A stretch of 64,000 nt of DNA from an uncultured Planctomycetota bacterium. Lineage in GTDB: Bacteria > Planctomycetota > Planctomycetia > Isosphaerales > Isosphaeraceae. The position numbers and the translations under genes were made by a program. The notes beneath the pieces are model-generated. The model was not told where the DNA came from and ran no database searches. It saw only the letters and a list, made by a program, of their open reading frames with translations. Of the stretch, positions 29,854 to 42,100 are shown piece by piece; positions within the stretch are counted from its first letter, which is position 1; every line of letters begins with the position of its first letter. Location: the NCBI GenBank assembly GCA_963823665.1, contig CAWGMQ010000005.1, positions 1,344,001-1,408,000 of the forward strand, given 5' to 3'.

Positions 29854-31246
29854 GGCTCTGGCTCCATTCCTTCAAGTATTCCAGGCTGCGACGGTAGGGC
29901 TTGAGTCCGAGGTACAAGAGTAACCCGGCCCCGACGTACGAAAAGACCCCAACGCAAAGCAATGAGTAACCGATGTTCTCTTTGCCAAACATGTTGTCGG
30001 TCAGCGCGGCCACAAGGCTGGGACCGATGCCCATGCCGATCAAGCTGACCACGAACAAATAGAGGGCTGAGGCCTGCGAGCGCATCCTGTTCGGCATCAT
30101 CTGCTGAATGGCGGCCGGCGCGACGCCGAACGGCATGCTGGCGAAGAAAACCACCGGCGTCACAAAGATCATCGACCAGGTTGCGGTTGGGGCCAGCGGA
30201 AACGCCACCACGAACGGTATTCCCGCGACTGCAGCCAGCAAGGCGACCACCAGGTTCGCGTCGTTGCGGCCACGGCTTCGCAACGAATCGGCCAGATAGC
30301 CTCCGGCGACGATCCCGAGCGTGCCGGCAACCGCCACGATCAAGCCGAATACGACGCCGGTCTGACCGGGCGTCCAGGCAAATCGTCTTTGCAGGAAAGT
30401 GGGAATCCAGGCATAGGCGCCATATCCGTTCAGGGCAACCAGAGCAGCACCCAGGTCGAGGCAACCGAGGGTCATGCGGTTGTCGCGGAAGTAAGTCCAG
30501 ACCAGAGCGGACGACATGGTTCGCGCCACCCCGGTACCTTCCTTCTGCAAGTGTAGACCCTTTCGCACCGGCTCGCGAATCGCGAGCATCAGCACGGCGA
30601 CGAGCAGCCCCGGTAGGCCCACCAGGAAGAACACCAGTTGCCAGGCGCGCACGGCGCCGAGGAGTGGTATGACGAAATCCTCCTGACCCGAAGTGAGCTT
30701 GATGACCACGCCGCCGACGATGAACGACAGCCCCGCGCCGAGGTAGATTCCCATCGAATAAACGCTGATGGCCGTCGACCGCAATTCGGGCCGGAAGTAA
30801 TCCGAGATGAGAGAGTAGGCTGCCGGCGAAAGCGTCGCTTCGCCGACGCCCACCCCCATCCGCATCAAGGCAAGCTGCCAGAACTTCCTGGTCAACCCGC
30901 AGCCGGCGGTGAGCACGCTCCAGAGCGCGACGCCCGCGGTGATCAGCAGCCGGCGGCTTTTCGTATCCGCCAGCCAGCCCAGCGGGATGCCGAAGAGCGA
31001 GTAGAACACGGCGAAGCTCGCCCCCATCAGCAAGCTCATCTGGAAGTCGCTGATGCCCAGATCGTGCCGGATGGGGGCGACCATCAGGCTGAGTATCTGC
31101 CGGTCGATGAACGAGAAGACGTATGCCACCGTGAGCAGGCCGACGACGAACCAGGCGTAAGCGGGGCTCGAATATGACTCCGGCTCGATTGAAGGAGCCG
31201 CCGTTTCGATGGTTGAATCTGCGGACGGGAGGGATGATTGCGTCAT
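29846..31246 (-). CDS. MFS transporter (spinster-like)
   Basis: FIDRQILS, GWLAD..SRR, RMGVGVGEA, SLISDYF; about 12 TM segments. Confidence 0.93.
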   Translation of the reverse strand: MTQSSLPSADSTIETAAPSIEPESYSSPAYAWFVVGLLTVAYVFSFIDRQILSLMVAPIRHDLGISDFQMSLLMGASFAVFYSLFGIPLGWLADTKSRRLLITAGVALWSVLTAGCGLTRKFWQLALMRMGVGVGEATLSPAAYSLISDYFRPELRSTAISVYSMGIYLGAGLSFIVGGVVIKLTSGQEDFVIPLLGAVRAWQLVFFLVGLPGLLVAVLMLAIREPVRKGLHLQKEGTGVARTMSSALVWTYFRDNRMTLGCLDLGAALVALNGYGAYAWIPTFLQRRFAWTPGQTGVVFGLIVAVAGTLGIVAGGYLADSLRSRGRNDANLVVALLAAVAGIPFVVAFPLAPTATWSMIFVTPVVFFASMPFGVAPAAIQQMMPNRMRSQASALYLFVVSLIGMGIGPSLVAALTDNMFGKENIGYSLLCVGVFSYVGAGLLLYLGLKPYRRSLEYLKEWSQSHA

Positions 31247-31352
31247 GCGATCCTCCGGGGCGGTTCGTTTGCAAACGCCTGCAGGTGTGTATCGTCGCAG
31301 GAGAGGCCATCTGGAACAATCGGCGACCAGGAAGTTTCCTGGCGCGGGATCA

Positions 31353-34300
31353 TCAATGAAAGTCCCGGGAAACCCGGCCGAGATTGGGAAGCTGGTCCGT
31401 CAGGTCTTGCAGTCGAGCGACAATCAGATGGGTCACGCCGTCCTGCTTCTGCAGCTTGCCCGAGGCGAGAACGGCCCGTGCGAGGCGGCCGACTTTGCGA
31501 TAGCGCTCCCAGACATCGGGCCAGATGATCAGGTTGGCGCTGCCGGTCTCATCTTCGATCGTCATGAACGTCACTCCCTTCGCCGTTCCCGGGCGTTGCC
31601 TCACCAGAACCAATCCGGCAACGCGGTAGGAACGGTTCCCTTTCAAATCCTGTAGATCGGCCGTCGTCACAACGTGCTGGGCGTTCAGGGTCTCACGCAA
31701 TGGGCTGAACGGATGGCCTCGCAAAGAAAGCCGCTGAGCGTGATAGTCATGGATGACTTCCTCCACAGGCGAAAGCCGCGGTAACTCGGGCGGTGTCTCG
31801 TCGGGGAGACTCGCCAGCAACGGCTCAAGCGGCGTCACCGCCAGCGACATCCAGTAGGCAGGCCGGCGGTCCAGAGCGAGCGAGCGGAACGCGTCTGCGG
31901 CGGCCAGCCGAGACAGGACTGCCGAGGTGAATCCGGTGCGTGCGACGAAATCGCCGTACGTGATGAACGGCCCGTCCGTGCGCTTCAGGACGATCGTCTC
32001 CGCCGCGGTTTGCGATAACCCCTTGACCGTGTTCCAGCCGAGCCGCACGGCCAGCGCACTGTTTTGCCCGGGGCGCTCCAGCGTGCAGTCGCAATCGCTG
32101 TGATTGACGTCAACGGGAAGCACCGTCACGCCATGTCGTCGCGCGTCGGCCACCAGTTGCGCCGGTCCGTAGAATCCCATCGGCTGGCTGTTCAATATCC
32201 CCGCCAGAAAGACGGCCGGATAGTGGCATTTGATCCACGCAGAGACGTAGACAAGCAGCGCGAACGATGCCGCGTGCGATTCCGGGAAGCCGTACAGACC
32301 GAAGCCTTCGATCTGCTGAAAAAGGCTGCGGGCGAATTCCTCCGTGTAGCCGTTGGCGAGCATGCCCTGGATCAGTTTTTGCTCGAACTTGGTGATGGCG
32401 CCGGTGCGCCGCCAGGCGCCCATGGCGCGGCGCAACTGGTCGGCCTCGCCCGGAGTGAACCCGGCTGCGACCACCACGAGCTTCATCGCCTGCTCCTGAA
32501 AAAGCGGCACTCCAAGCGTTTTCTGGAGGACTTCGCGCACCGCTTCGCTGGGGTAAACAACCGGCTCCTGCCCGCAGCGGCGCCGCAGATAAGGATGCAC
32601 CATCTTTCCCTGGATCGGTCCGGGCCGCACGATCGCCACCTCGACGACCAGGTCGTAGAACTCCTTGGGCTTTAACCTGGGCAGCATGCTCATCTGCGCA
32701 CGCGATTCGATCTGAAAAACGCCGACCGTGTCGGCCCGCTGAATCATCTCGTAAACAACCGGGTCCTCGGCGGGAATGGTGGCCAGCGAGAAGGATTCTG
32801 CGGTGTGCTGCCTGATCAGATCGAGGCACCGCCTGATTGCCGAGAGCATCCCCAGCGCCAGACAATCGACCTTGAGGATGCCGAGTGCATCCAGATCATT
32901 CTTGTCCCACTGGACGACGGTGCGGCCGGGCATGCTGGCATTCTCGATCGGCACAATTTCGCACAGAGGCAGCCGGGTGAGGACCATGCCCGCCGACATG
33001 CTGAGACAGGTGACGCGGAAAGCCCAGGATCTCACGGACCAGGTAGATCAACTGGCGGCCGAGACGGCATGCAGGGTCGAACCCTGCCTCAGTTAGCTCG
33101 GCAAATAATCCGTCGCCGGTATCGGCGTGTCCAATGATATTGGCGAGTGAGTCGACACGATCGAGCGATAAGCCCAGGGCCTTGCCGACGTCACGCACGG
33201 CCGAACGCGGGCGATAGGTGATGAGCTCAGCCGTCATCCCGGCCCGCTCGCGGCCATACTTTTCGTAGATGTACTGAATCACCTCTTCCCGGCGCTGGTG
33301 CTCAAAATCGATGTCGATATCCGGGGCTTCGGCCCGTTCCCTGGAAATAAACCGCTCGAACAGCACGTCGATCCGGTCCGGGTCAACGGCCGTGACCCCC
33401 AGGCAATAACAAACGGCCGAGTTGGCAGCCGAGCCGCGCCCCTGGCAGAGGATATTCCGGTCGCGAGCAAAGCGGACGAGGTCCCAAACCGTTAGAAAAT
33501 AGGCTGCGTAGTCCAGCTCTTCGATGATGGCAAGCTCACGCTCGATGAGCTCGGTCAGCTTGGCCGGGACGCCGGTGGGATATCGCTCTTGCGCCCCTGC
33601 CCAGACCAGGCACGCGAGGTAAGAGCCCGGCGTCTGGCCTGCCGGGCATAATTCCTCAGGATATTCATATCGCAATTCGTCGAGGGAAAACGCGCAGCGG
33701 TCGGCCACCTCGCCCGTGCGGGAGAGGGCGGCCTGACTACCGGCATGGATCACGACAATCTCCTCGAGGGGCCTCAGCCGCCGTTCGCTGTTTGGAAAGC
33801 GGCTCGAGCCCAGCTCGGCGACGGTCGTCTTGAGTCGAATGGCCGTGAGCACATCCTGAAGATAGCGACGGCGGGCATCGTGATAATGAACATCGCCCGC
33901 GGCGACGAGTGGAACGCCCGCGGCCTGGGCCGCGCGCTGGCACTGGCCCAGCCGTCTTTCATCATGAGGCCCGCGATGCAGCTCGGCTACGGCGTAGGTT
34001 CGATCGCGAAAGACGTCCCGCCACTTGAATAGCTCGGACGGGTCTTCGTCCGAGGGTGGGAGGAGCGCGCCCAGAAGTAAGCCGCTTGCGTGCTCCGCGA
34101 CATCTGCAAAGGCGAGGTGGCATTCCCCCTTGGGGGCCCGACGACGGCCACGAGTCAAGAGCCGGCAAAGCCGGCCATAACCATCGCGGTTCATGGCCCA
34201 GAGCAAGACGGGTTGGGCGTCGACCAGGGTGATCTCGGCTCCGATCAGCAGTTTGAAGCCGATCTCCTTGGCGGCGACATGAGCGCGGACCACGCCGGCC

Positions 34301-34506
34301 AGGCTGTTCCGATCGGTGATCGCCATCCCTGCATAGCCCAGCCGGGCCGCCTCGGCAACCAGCTCGTTCGGGTGGGACGCACCTTCTAGGAAAGAGAAGT
34401 TTGTCTTGCAATGAAGCTCGACATAACGGACCGGAGGCGTCTTCACGGGCTCTAGGTCCCGAGCGGGCTCCGGCACATAGAGTTTGGAAGGAGGCTGTTC
34501 GGGCAT
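31353..34506 (-). CDS. dnaE2: Error-prone DNA polymerase III alpha (frameshift ~32990)
   Basis: PHP YVELHCKTNFSFLEGASHP, GRGSAANS, PDIDIDF, HLSQHVGG|MVLT, C-terminal SRDFH. Confidence 0.95.
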
Positions 34507-34512
34507 GATGAT

Positions 34513-36032
34513 TCAGTCGAAGAAGCCGTGGAGGAACCAGCGGCCGCTGCGCCGGTCGCGATAGATCCAGACGTGCGTGCCGTCTTCCCATTCGGCGCGA
34601 TAATAGTCGCGCTCGACGTCCTGGGCGCGCCACCAACCCGTCTCGATTCGCTCCGGCCCCCAGGAATGGACCACCCGGACGTTTTCCCGTTGCCAGGCCA
34701 TGCGAAGCGGCGGTCCATCCGGGATAATTGAGGTCACATCAATTGGCTCAGGCGCACCGAGGAGCCGGAGAGGACGTGCACGTGACTGTTCTGGAGGTAA
34801 ACGGAAACAGTCCGATTTCTTATCCGATTTCCTTGCTTGAAAGTTCATCCATGGGAAGAGCCGGACCGCGTGCTCAGGTTGCGCGTCGGGAATCACCTCT
34901 ACTCGTAGAACCGCCTTGGGATCAAGGCGGCTGCTGAGCCGCTCGACTAAACTGCTCACGGCCCGTGAGGCTCTCGTCTGGGAATCGTCACCAAACCAAT
35001 TACCCTGCGCTTGCTCGGGCCTCCCCAGTTTGAGCGCGGTCCAGCGAACGGCGATGATGCCGCCAAGAGATGTCTTGCGCTCCAGTTGCAGCTCGACGAG
35101 CTGAGCGAGATGCCGATCGTCCTGCGTGGGTTCCACCAGACGAATGTCGATCGAGACGGGACCGGTTTCGGCGTGGAGCTCACCTTCTAGTTCCTGGAGG
35201 CCCATGCCCAGCCGGCTGGCCATCGCCAGAAGCTCTTCGATCATCTGGCGGCACAAAAATACCAGCATATTACGATCGTCAACTGGCACGTCCCACTCGC
35301 GAAAGACGGAAAACGGCTCTCTCAGGCGCTCGCAGATAAAGGTCTCCGGAATGGAACCGAGAGCCTGGCCGAGCCTCTGAGGCAAGATCGCGCCGAACCG
35401 GCTGGCCAGCGATTCGCGAGGAAGGCCCAGCACGTCGCCGATTGTCCATAGGCCCAGGGCTTCGAGAGACTCAAGGACGACAGACGGCAGCCGCAGTGCG
35501 GCCACGGGGAGTTTCGATATAGCCGGCTCTTCGTCTCCCGCCTCCACGAAAGAGGTTCTTGAGGTGTGCGCAGCGCCCATGAAGCACACAACGTGGAGCT
35601 TAGCGCGAGTTGGATCTGGAAACCTCGCTTGATCCAGTAGTCGCGAACAGCCTCGAGAAACTGGGCCTCGCTACCCCAGAGATGCGTACAACCCGTGACC
35701 TCGCAGAAGAGCGACTCGGGATGAACGCCATCTTCCAGACCGACTGAAGGCGTGAATCGCTGACAGTCGAGGGCGAGCTGGCAAAGGGCATCGCGGTCGG
35801 CAACGAAGTCAGCAGGCAGGAAAACGGCTTTGGGCAGAAGCGATCTGGACTCGGCCAATGGTTGACCGATCCGAACGCCGAGCCGTTCCGCATCAAGACT
35901 GCAGACGGTAATCAGAGGCCGTTGATTCTGGGCGGCAAACAGCACGATCTCCGAGCGTCTAAGCTCGGGCCTTGCGCATCGCAGCCTCTGAATGGGCCAT
36001 CTCGGGAACCAGACGCACAAAACCCGCGGCAT
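34513..36032 (-). CDS. imuB: ImuB, Y-family polymerase-like (frameshift ~35570)
   Basis: VLCVWFPRWPIQR, FTPSVG, LPVAALRL, GPERIETGWW..RDYY..WFLHGFFD. Confidence 0.92.
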
Positions 36033-36687
36033 GGTCGATCTCCCAGGCCTGGGCGCTGCCTCCCTTGCCTCCCCGGCGATACAGAACCTCGATATTCAAT
36101 CGTCTGGATTCCTCCTGGGCTCCAGGCATCGGTGTGACCAGCAATCGCAACTCGGCCCAAACAGGCTGCCTTCTCGCTGAAACTGGCCTGAAAAATAGAC
36201 CCATTCCCCCGCCGGCCTCTGCGGCCAGTTGCCAGCGCCTGTGAACGCGTGTGGGAATTCGCTCGTCGACCCAGGCCCACGTAGCCGAGACCCCGGGGCA
36301 TCTCAGGCATTCCTCGATCGCCCAGCACGTTTCTGTTCGAGTCTGAGGACGGATAAGCATTGCCCTGCCTGAATCAACACCCCACCCCGATAAAGCAGGT
36401 ACGTAGAACTCCCCCGCAGGATCCACAACCGCCCAGAATCCACAGCCCGCAGAGGAGGACTGTGCCATGATTTGCATGGCCGCAGTAAGAGCCCCTGCGC
36501 CCTGTCTGGCCACCAGGCACTCCACGATGCCGCCCGGTCCAATGCCAAGCTCCGGCGATATGCTGTTTCGACGGACGGATTGAGCCGGCAGGACGTCATT
36601 CCGGAACGAGAACAACCCGCTATGCCGGCGAAGCTCCTGAACGGTCTGACGAACTTCACGACGCGGAGAGATCAGGTGACCTGACAT
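35959..36687 (-). CDS. imuA: ImuA, RecA-like
   Basis: VVDP..FYVPAL..WG, WAIEECLRCPGV, RRWQLAAEAGG; upstream of imuB. Confidence 0.88.
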   Translation of the reverse strand: MSGHLISPRREVRQTVQELRRHSGLFSFRNDVLPAQSVRRNSISPELGIGPGGIVECLVARQGAGALTAAMQIMAQSSSAGCGFWAVVDPAGEFYVPALSGWGVDSGRAMLIRPQTRTETCWAIEECLRCPGVSATWAWVDERIPTRVHRRWQLAAEAGGGMGLFFRPVSARRQPVWAELRLLVTPMPGAQEESRRLNIEVLYRRGGKGGSAQAWEIDHAAGFVRLVPEMAHSEAAMRKARA

Positions 36688-36725
36688 GGGCAGCTCCTGA
36701 TGACGGCAGATCAGCACCGAAGGGA

Positions 36726-36755
36726 ATACTACCCATTTGTACAGGTATCTGTCAA
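36726..36755 (-). promoter_or_regulatory. Sigma70-type promoter of imuA-imuB-dnaE2
   Basis: Reverse strand TTGACA, 18 bp, TAGTAT, ~40 nt upstream of the imuA ATG. Confidence 0.55.
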
Positions 36756-36769
36756 TGGCATCCGGAGAC

Positions 36770-36885
36770 TTATCTAACTCCGCCTGAAATGTAGAAGGTC
36801 TCACCGGTGATCCAGGCCGAGTCGGACGACGCCAGGAACACCGCGGCAGGTGCGATATCCTCTGGCTGCCCGATAGCGCGTCCAA
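36770..36885 (-). pseudogene. C-terminal remnant of an SDR oxidoreductase
   Basis: IGQPEDIAPAAVFLASSDSAWITGETFYISGG* with no cofactor-binding N-terminus. Confidence 0.75.
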
Positions 36886-37824
36886 CCCCGGAGGCAAGCG
36901 CTCTGAATCCGAGGCTGAAACCTCGCTCCTGACCACGTCGCTTAGGCCCAAAATCACCGCCGCGCTGCCGGCGAAGCGCCTCACGCTCCGAATCCGGTCC
37001 GGCCGCCCTCCGCAAGTGCACATGCGAAAATGGCTTCCGTCGATTCATCAGCATCTTACCCCGTGATAAAAAATGATTAAAAATGATTAAAAAAAACGGA
37101 CAATCCTCGCCCTTCTCATCGTTCAGAGCCCGGTGGGCAAACCCTGCGCTCACCTGATGACACGGCAAAGCTGCCAAGCCCCGCGCAGACATCCCGCCGA
37201 GCGGTAAGGCCTGGGTTTCGGAGCGAATCTCAGCCTCTTTGCCGATGGCACTATTTGGCATTGGATGTCACTCTATGCGTGAAATTGACCGCGGTTCTCA
37301 GGATGAGTCGAGATCGATGAGCAGGTAGGCAAGCAGATCGAGCCGCCCATCGCGCTAGCATCGCGCGCTCGCCGACCCTCCTCTTATGTAGAATATGTGC
37401 CCGGTTTCGGCTTTCGGCAATAAAAGCCTCCAAAAAAAGTGCAATCGCGCAATCGAGACGGCTGCAACGTCACGAGATACGGCTTTGCGCGATTTCTTTG
37501 TTAATTGTGAACACGCGGTCGAATCAAAACGGGTGTCGCGGTCGCCCGATCGGTCGTCGTTGGGGGTGCTGAAAGTCAAGCAGATCGCCTCAGAGAACCT
37601 GAACCAGCTCAGCAGTGCGCTACCCGACCTTGAACCAGGTCGTTCCCCTCGCTCGGGTTCGTTCGCGAAATTCAGCCACGTTGTCAAGTCACCGTTCATG
37701 CGTGTTTTCGTGATCCAACCTTCACTCTAATTCCAGGTTACGCATTTCCAGCCACCTGAGCTGCGTTGGGTTCGTTCGTCACATTCCGCACCAGCCCGCC
37801 CCGCAACCGACGCAAATGCCCGAA

Positions 37825-37846
37825 GTAGGTTAGGCTTTAGCCTGAC
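37825..37846 (+). repeat. GTAG-type REP palindrome
   Basis: GTAGGTTAGGCTTTAGCCTGAC; matches 2941-2962. Confidence 0.6.
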
Positions 37847-39133
37847 AATCTCCCCGCTCCCACATCCGGATCGAAATGCCACAACCGAGTGCAAACGCAA
37901 GTTGCTATTACACACTCTTTCACGACATCCTCCGATCATTGATGCGAGCTTCCCCAAGAAATGGTACGAAATGGTATTGGATGGTACGAATTTCAAAAAA
38001 TCCCTTTCTCTCCCAATCGCGTTTTTCACCCCGCGGCAAGGCTTTGCCTCGCGCGCCACCGATAAAATGACGGCCTGGGTGCCTTAAAATTATCACGCCC
38101 GTGCCAAGGTCGAAGCTCTTTGCGCAAGTCCAACTGCGAGTTGGATTCTCTCGCGGTCACGAGCATCGCCGGCTGTGCGAAAATGTGATAATCCGTGATC
38201 AATTTCCAGCGAAATTCCATCCGGCCCCAGTCGCGGATCTCGGCATCGCCGAGGCTGATCCGACGCGCCCTCGCAGGCCAAGGAACGGACTCGTTCGAGA
38301 CGGGAAGGTCGATGGTTGAAACCCCCTCATTGAAGCAGGGCAAAGATGCTGGAAAAGAGAATGAGGCTACGTCTCTGACAATGAGGCGCGTACATTCTCT
38401 TTCCCTTTAGTATACACCATCCGACAGCAATCGGCAACGAAAAATGTCTATATATTTCTGGGCCCACTTCGGGTTTTAACGATCAGGCCGGTTCCAGTGT
38501 TCCCTTTAGAATGATGTGCGCGCTTTCTGTGCCGCGCGCGGCAGTTTCCACGCGCCCTATTCCAGTTTCAACGAGAATCGCCACTGGGTTTCGATGCATT
38601 CTGCAACTGACAACTGACATTTGCCCCCACCAAGAATGATCCGCACAAACGGCGATCCAGTTGCCAAAAGAAAAAGATTCTTGTCCGTTTCGAGTCGGTA
38701 TTCCTCCCCCCGCCCTACCAATGAGACCAGCGAACGCCGTCAGCTTGAGTGCTGCTCGTGCTCGTACTCCCGATCCCAGCCCTCCGTCCTGATGCCCGCC
38801 CTCCGTCCCCCGGGCTCGACGCCGTTCCAAAGATTTGCCACTTCCTCCAGCCCTTCGATTTTCGGATTTCGAGCTTCGGATTTCGAACTTCGGATTTCCT
38901 CCCCGAGTTCGTTTTGATGATTTGTCGCGCGTCCTTCTCCCGTAATGGTTAAGGGAACGGCACGTCCCCGGCGTCCACCCCTCACCTACGCGCTTCTTGC
39001 TCTGCGCCCGCAGATGGTACCCTGATGTTTGCCCTTCAACGCGAAGCCGGTTGAAGTTATCGCTTCCGGGCCGGAAGAGCGACCATCCGTCATTCATGGC
39101 TCGGGGAGCGGACAGTCGAGTCGCGGAGGACCA

Positions 39134-42100
39134 ATGGACGTATTCAATCTTCGCCGCAACCTCGTTGACTCCTACGCGAACTACATCCGCAGCTTCATCC
39201 AGATTCGCGACGACCGAATCAGTGCGAAGGTCAAGGAAGAGCTCAATTCCGGGCTGCTCTGGCCCGAGCCGCTGATTCAGCTCAACCCATCGTTCGAGCC
39301 AGGCCACACAATCGACCAGCTTGTAATCGAGGGCCTGCTGCACCCGACCTGTCGCGACGTCTTCCGCATCAAGAAATCCGAGGCCGACTCAGGCGGTCAG
39401 CCCCTGCGGTTGCATCGCCACCAAGAAGAGGCGATCCGCGTCGCGCGCAGCGGAGCCAACTACGTCCTGACGACCGGAACCGGGTCCGGTAAGAGCCTGG
39501 CGTACATGATCCCGATCGTCGACCACGTCTTGCGCCAGGCGCGCGCCGGGGCATCTCGGCGATCGTGGTCTATCCCATGAATGCACTGGCCAACAGCCAG
39601 TACGGTGAGCTCGAGAAGTACCTGTTACGCGGTTTTCCAGCTAACCAGGCCCCCGTCCGATTCGCGACCTACACCGGGCAAGAAGGCAAGGACCGCAAGG
39701 ACCAGATCATTGCCAGCCCGCCCGACATCCTGCTCACAAACTACGTGATGCTCGAGCTGATTCTGACGCGCCCCGAAGAAGACAATCTCATCGCCGCGGC
39801 CAAGGGCCTGAAATTCCTCGTGCTTGACGAGCTCCACACTTATCGCGGGCGCCAGGGCAGCGATGTCGCCATGCTGGTGCGCCGCGTTCGCGACCGGCTC
39901 GAGGCCGATCATCTCCAGTGTGTCGGAACCTCCGCCACGCTGGCCAGCGAGGGCACGTTCGACGAACAGGCGCCAGGATCGCCGATGTGGCGTCCAATCT
40001 GTTCGGCTCGGAAGTCCTGCAACAGAATGTGCTCGGCGAAACCCTTCGTCGCGCCACGGCGCATCGCGACATCGGCGATCCCGGGTTCCTCGCTGACCTC
40101 AGACAGCGCCTCGCGACAGGCGAGAGCACGCCACCGGCTGATTACGCGAGGCTTATCGCCGACCCACTCTCAGTCTGGATTGAATCCACCTTCGGGCTTC
40201 GCTCCGAGGATGAAACCGCCCGACTCGTCCGCGCCCATCCTCGCGGCATCGCCGGCAAGGACGGTGCCAGCACCGAGCTTTCGAAGCTGACAGGTACTGA
40301 CGAGCGCAGGTGCGCGGCGGAAATCCAGACGGCACTCATGGCCGGCTACGCCTGCTCCAACCCCGAGACTGGCTTCCCGGGCTTCGCCTTCAGACTCCAC
40401 CAGTTCGTCAGTCGCGGTGACACCGTGTACGCGACCGTTGAGCCCGAAGATGAACGGCACGTGACGCTTCAGGGACAGCAATTCGTGCCCGGGGACCGAG
40501 GCCGCGTGCTCTTGCCGCTCGTGTTCTGCCGCGAGTGCGGACAGGAGTACTACTCCGTGCGAATGACCGCCGATCAGGAGGCAGGCGTCCGCGTTTTCAC
40601 GCCCAGGGGTGCAACCGATCTTCAGGCGGAGGAGGGCGAGGAGCCCGGGTTTCTCCATGTTTGTGCAGCGGAGCCCTGGCCCACCGACCCCGACGCGGTG
40701 CTGGCCAGACTCCCCGATGATTGGCTTGAAGATCATAAGGGCGCAACACGGCTGCGGTCGTCCCGCCGGAAAGAGCTTCCTCGTCCCGTACGCATCGGGC
40801 CTGATGCCCGCGAATCGGAAAGTGGATTGGATTGTCACTTCCTCCCCGCGCCGTTCCGGTTCTGTCTGAGCTGCGGAGTCTCGTATGGCTTTCGGTTGCA
40901 TTCCGATTTCGGCAAGCTCGCCACGCTCAGCTCCGAAGGTCGCAGCACCGCGACCACCATTCTGTCCCTCACGACGATTCGGGAGCTTCGGCGCGCCGCT
41001 GGCCTCCCCTCCGGCGCGCGGAAACTCCTGAGCTTCACAGACAACAGACAGGACGCCAGCCTCCAGGCAGGCCATTTCAACGACTTTGTCGAGATCGGGC
41101 AGCTTCGCTCTGCCCTCTATAAAGCCGCCGTGAAAGCCGGTGCCGAGGGCATCACCCATGACGCACTCGCACAAAAGGTGTTCGATGCGCTCGACTTGCC
41201 GTTCGAGTCATACGCGAGCGATCCCGCAGTCCGTTTCTCGCAGGCCGATGACACGCGCCGCGCCCTGCGGCAAGTACTTGCTTACCGGCTCTATCGTGAC
41301 CTGCGCCGCGGCTGGCGAATCACCGCGCCGAATCTCGAGCAATGCGGACTGCTCGAGATCCGCTATCAGTCGCTCGATGAGCTGTGCACGGCGCACGACG
41401 TTTGGGCCGACAAGCATCCCGCACTGGCCGGCGCCCCGAATGTAACCCGGCGCGACGTTGCCAAGGTGCTCCTCGACTTCATGCGGCGCTCGCTTGCGAT
41501 CAAGGTCGATTACCTGGAACGAACGGCCCAGGAGCGAATTCAGCAGTTGAGCAGCCAGAAGCTGGCACCGCCCTGGGCACTGGATGAAAATGAGAAGCTA
41601 GACTACGCGACGATCTTGTACCCCAGAGCGCAATTCCGATCGGGACGACCGCGAGAGCATTTACCTCTCTCCGCAAGGGGGCTTCGGCCAGTACCTCGGC
41701 CGGCGCACCACGTTTCCCAGCATGTTCGCGCCGCTTGGCCTGGACCAGCGCCTCGCGATCATCCGCGACTTGCTCGAGGCCCTCCGGATCGCGGGGCTGG
41801 TGGAGATTGTCGCCCGGCCGGCCGCGCCCGGCGACCCGCCGGGCTACCAGGTTCCGGCCTCGGCCATGCTCTGGGTTGCCGGCGACGGCACGAAGGCATT
41901 TCACGACCCGATCGCCGTTCCCAGCCAGCCCGACTCCGGCGGCCGGACCAATCCCTACTTCGTTGAATTCTACCGCAACATCGCCAGCGACCTGCTTGGC
42001 CTCGAGGCCCGCGAACACACCGCCCAGGTCCCGTACGAATACCGACAGGATCGCGAAGATCGCTTCCGCGAGGGTAAGCTGCCTGTGCTGTTCTGTTCGC

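Noticed and set aside
36688..37023. N-terminal extension of imuA
   Set aside because: Runs across the promoter and the SDR remnant; ATG 36687 has an AGGAG RBS.
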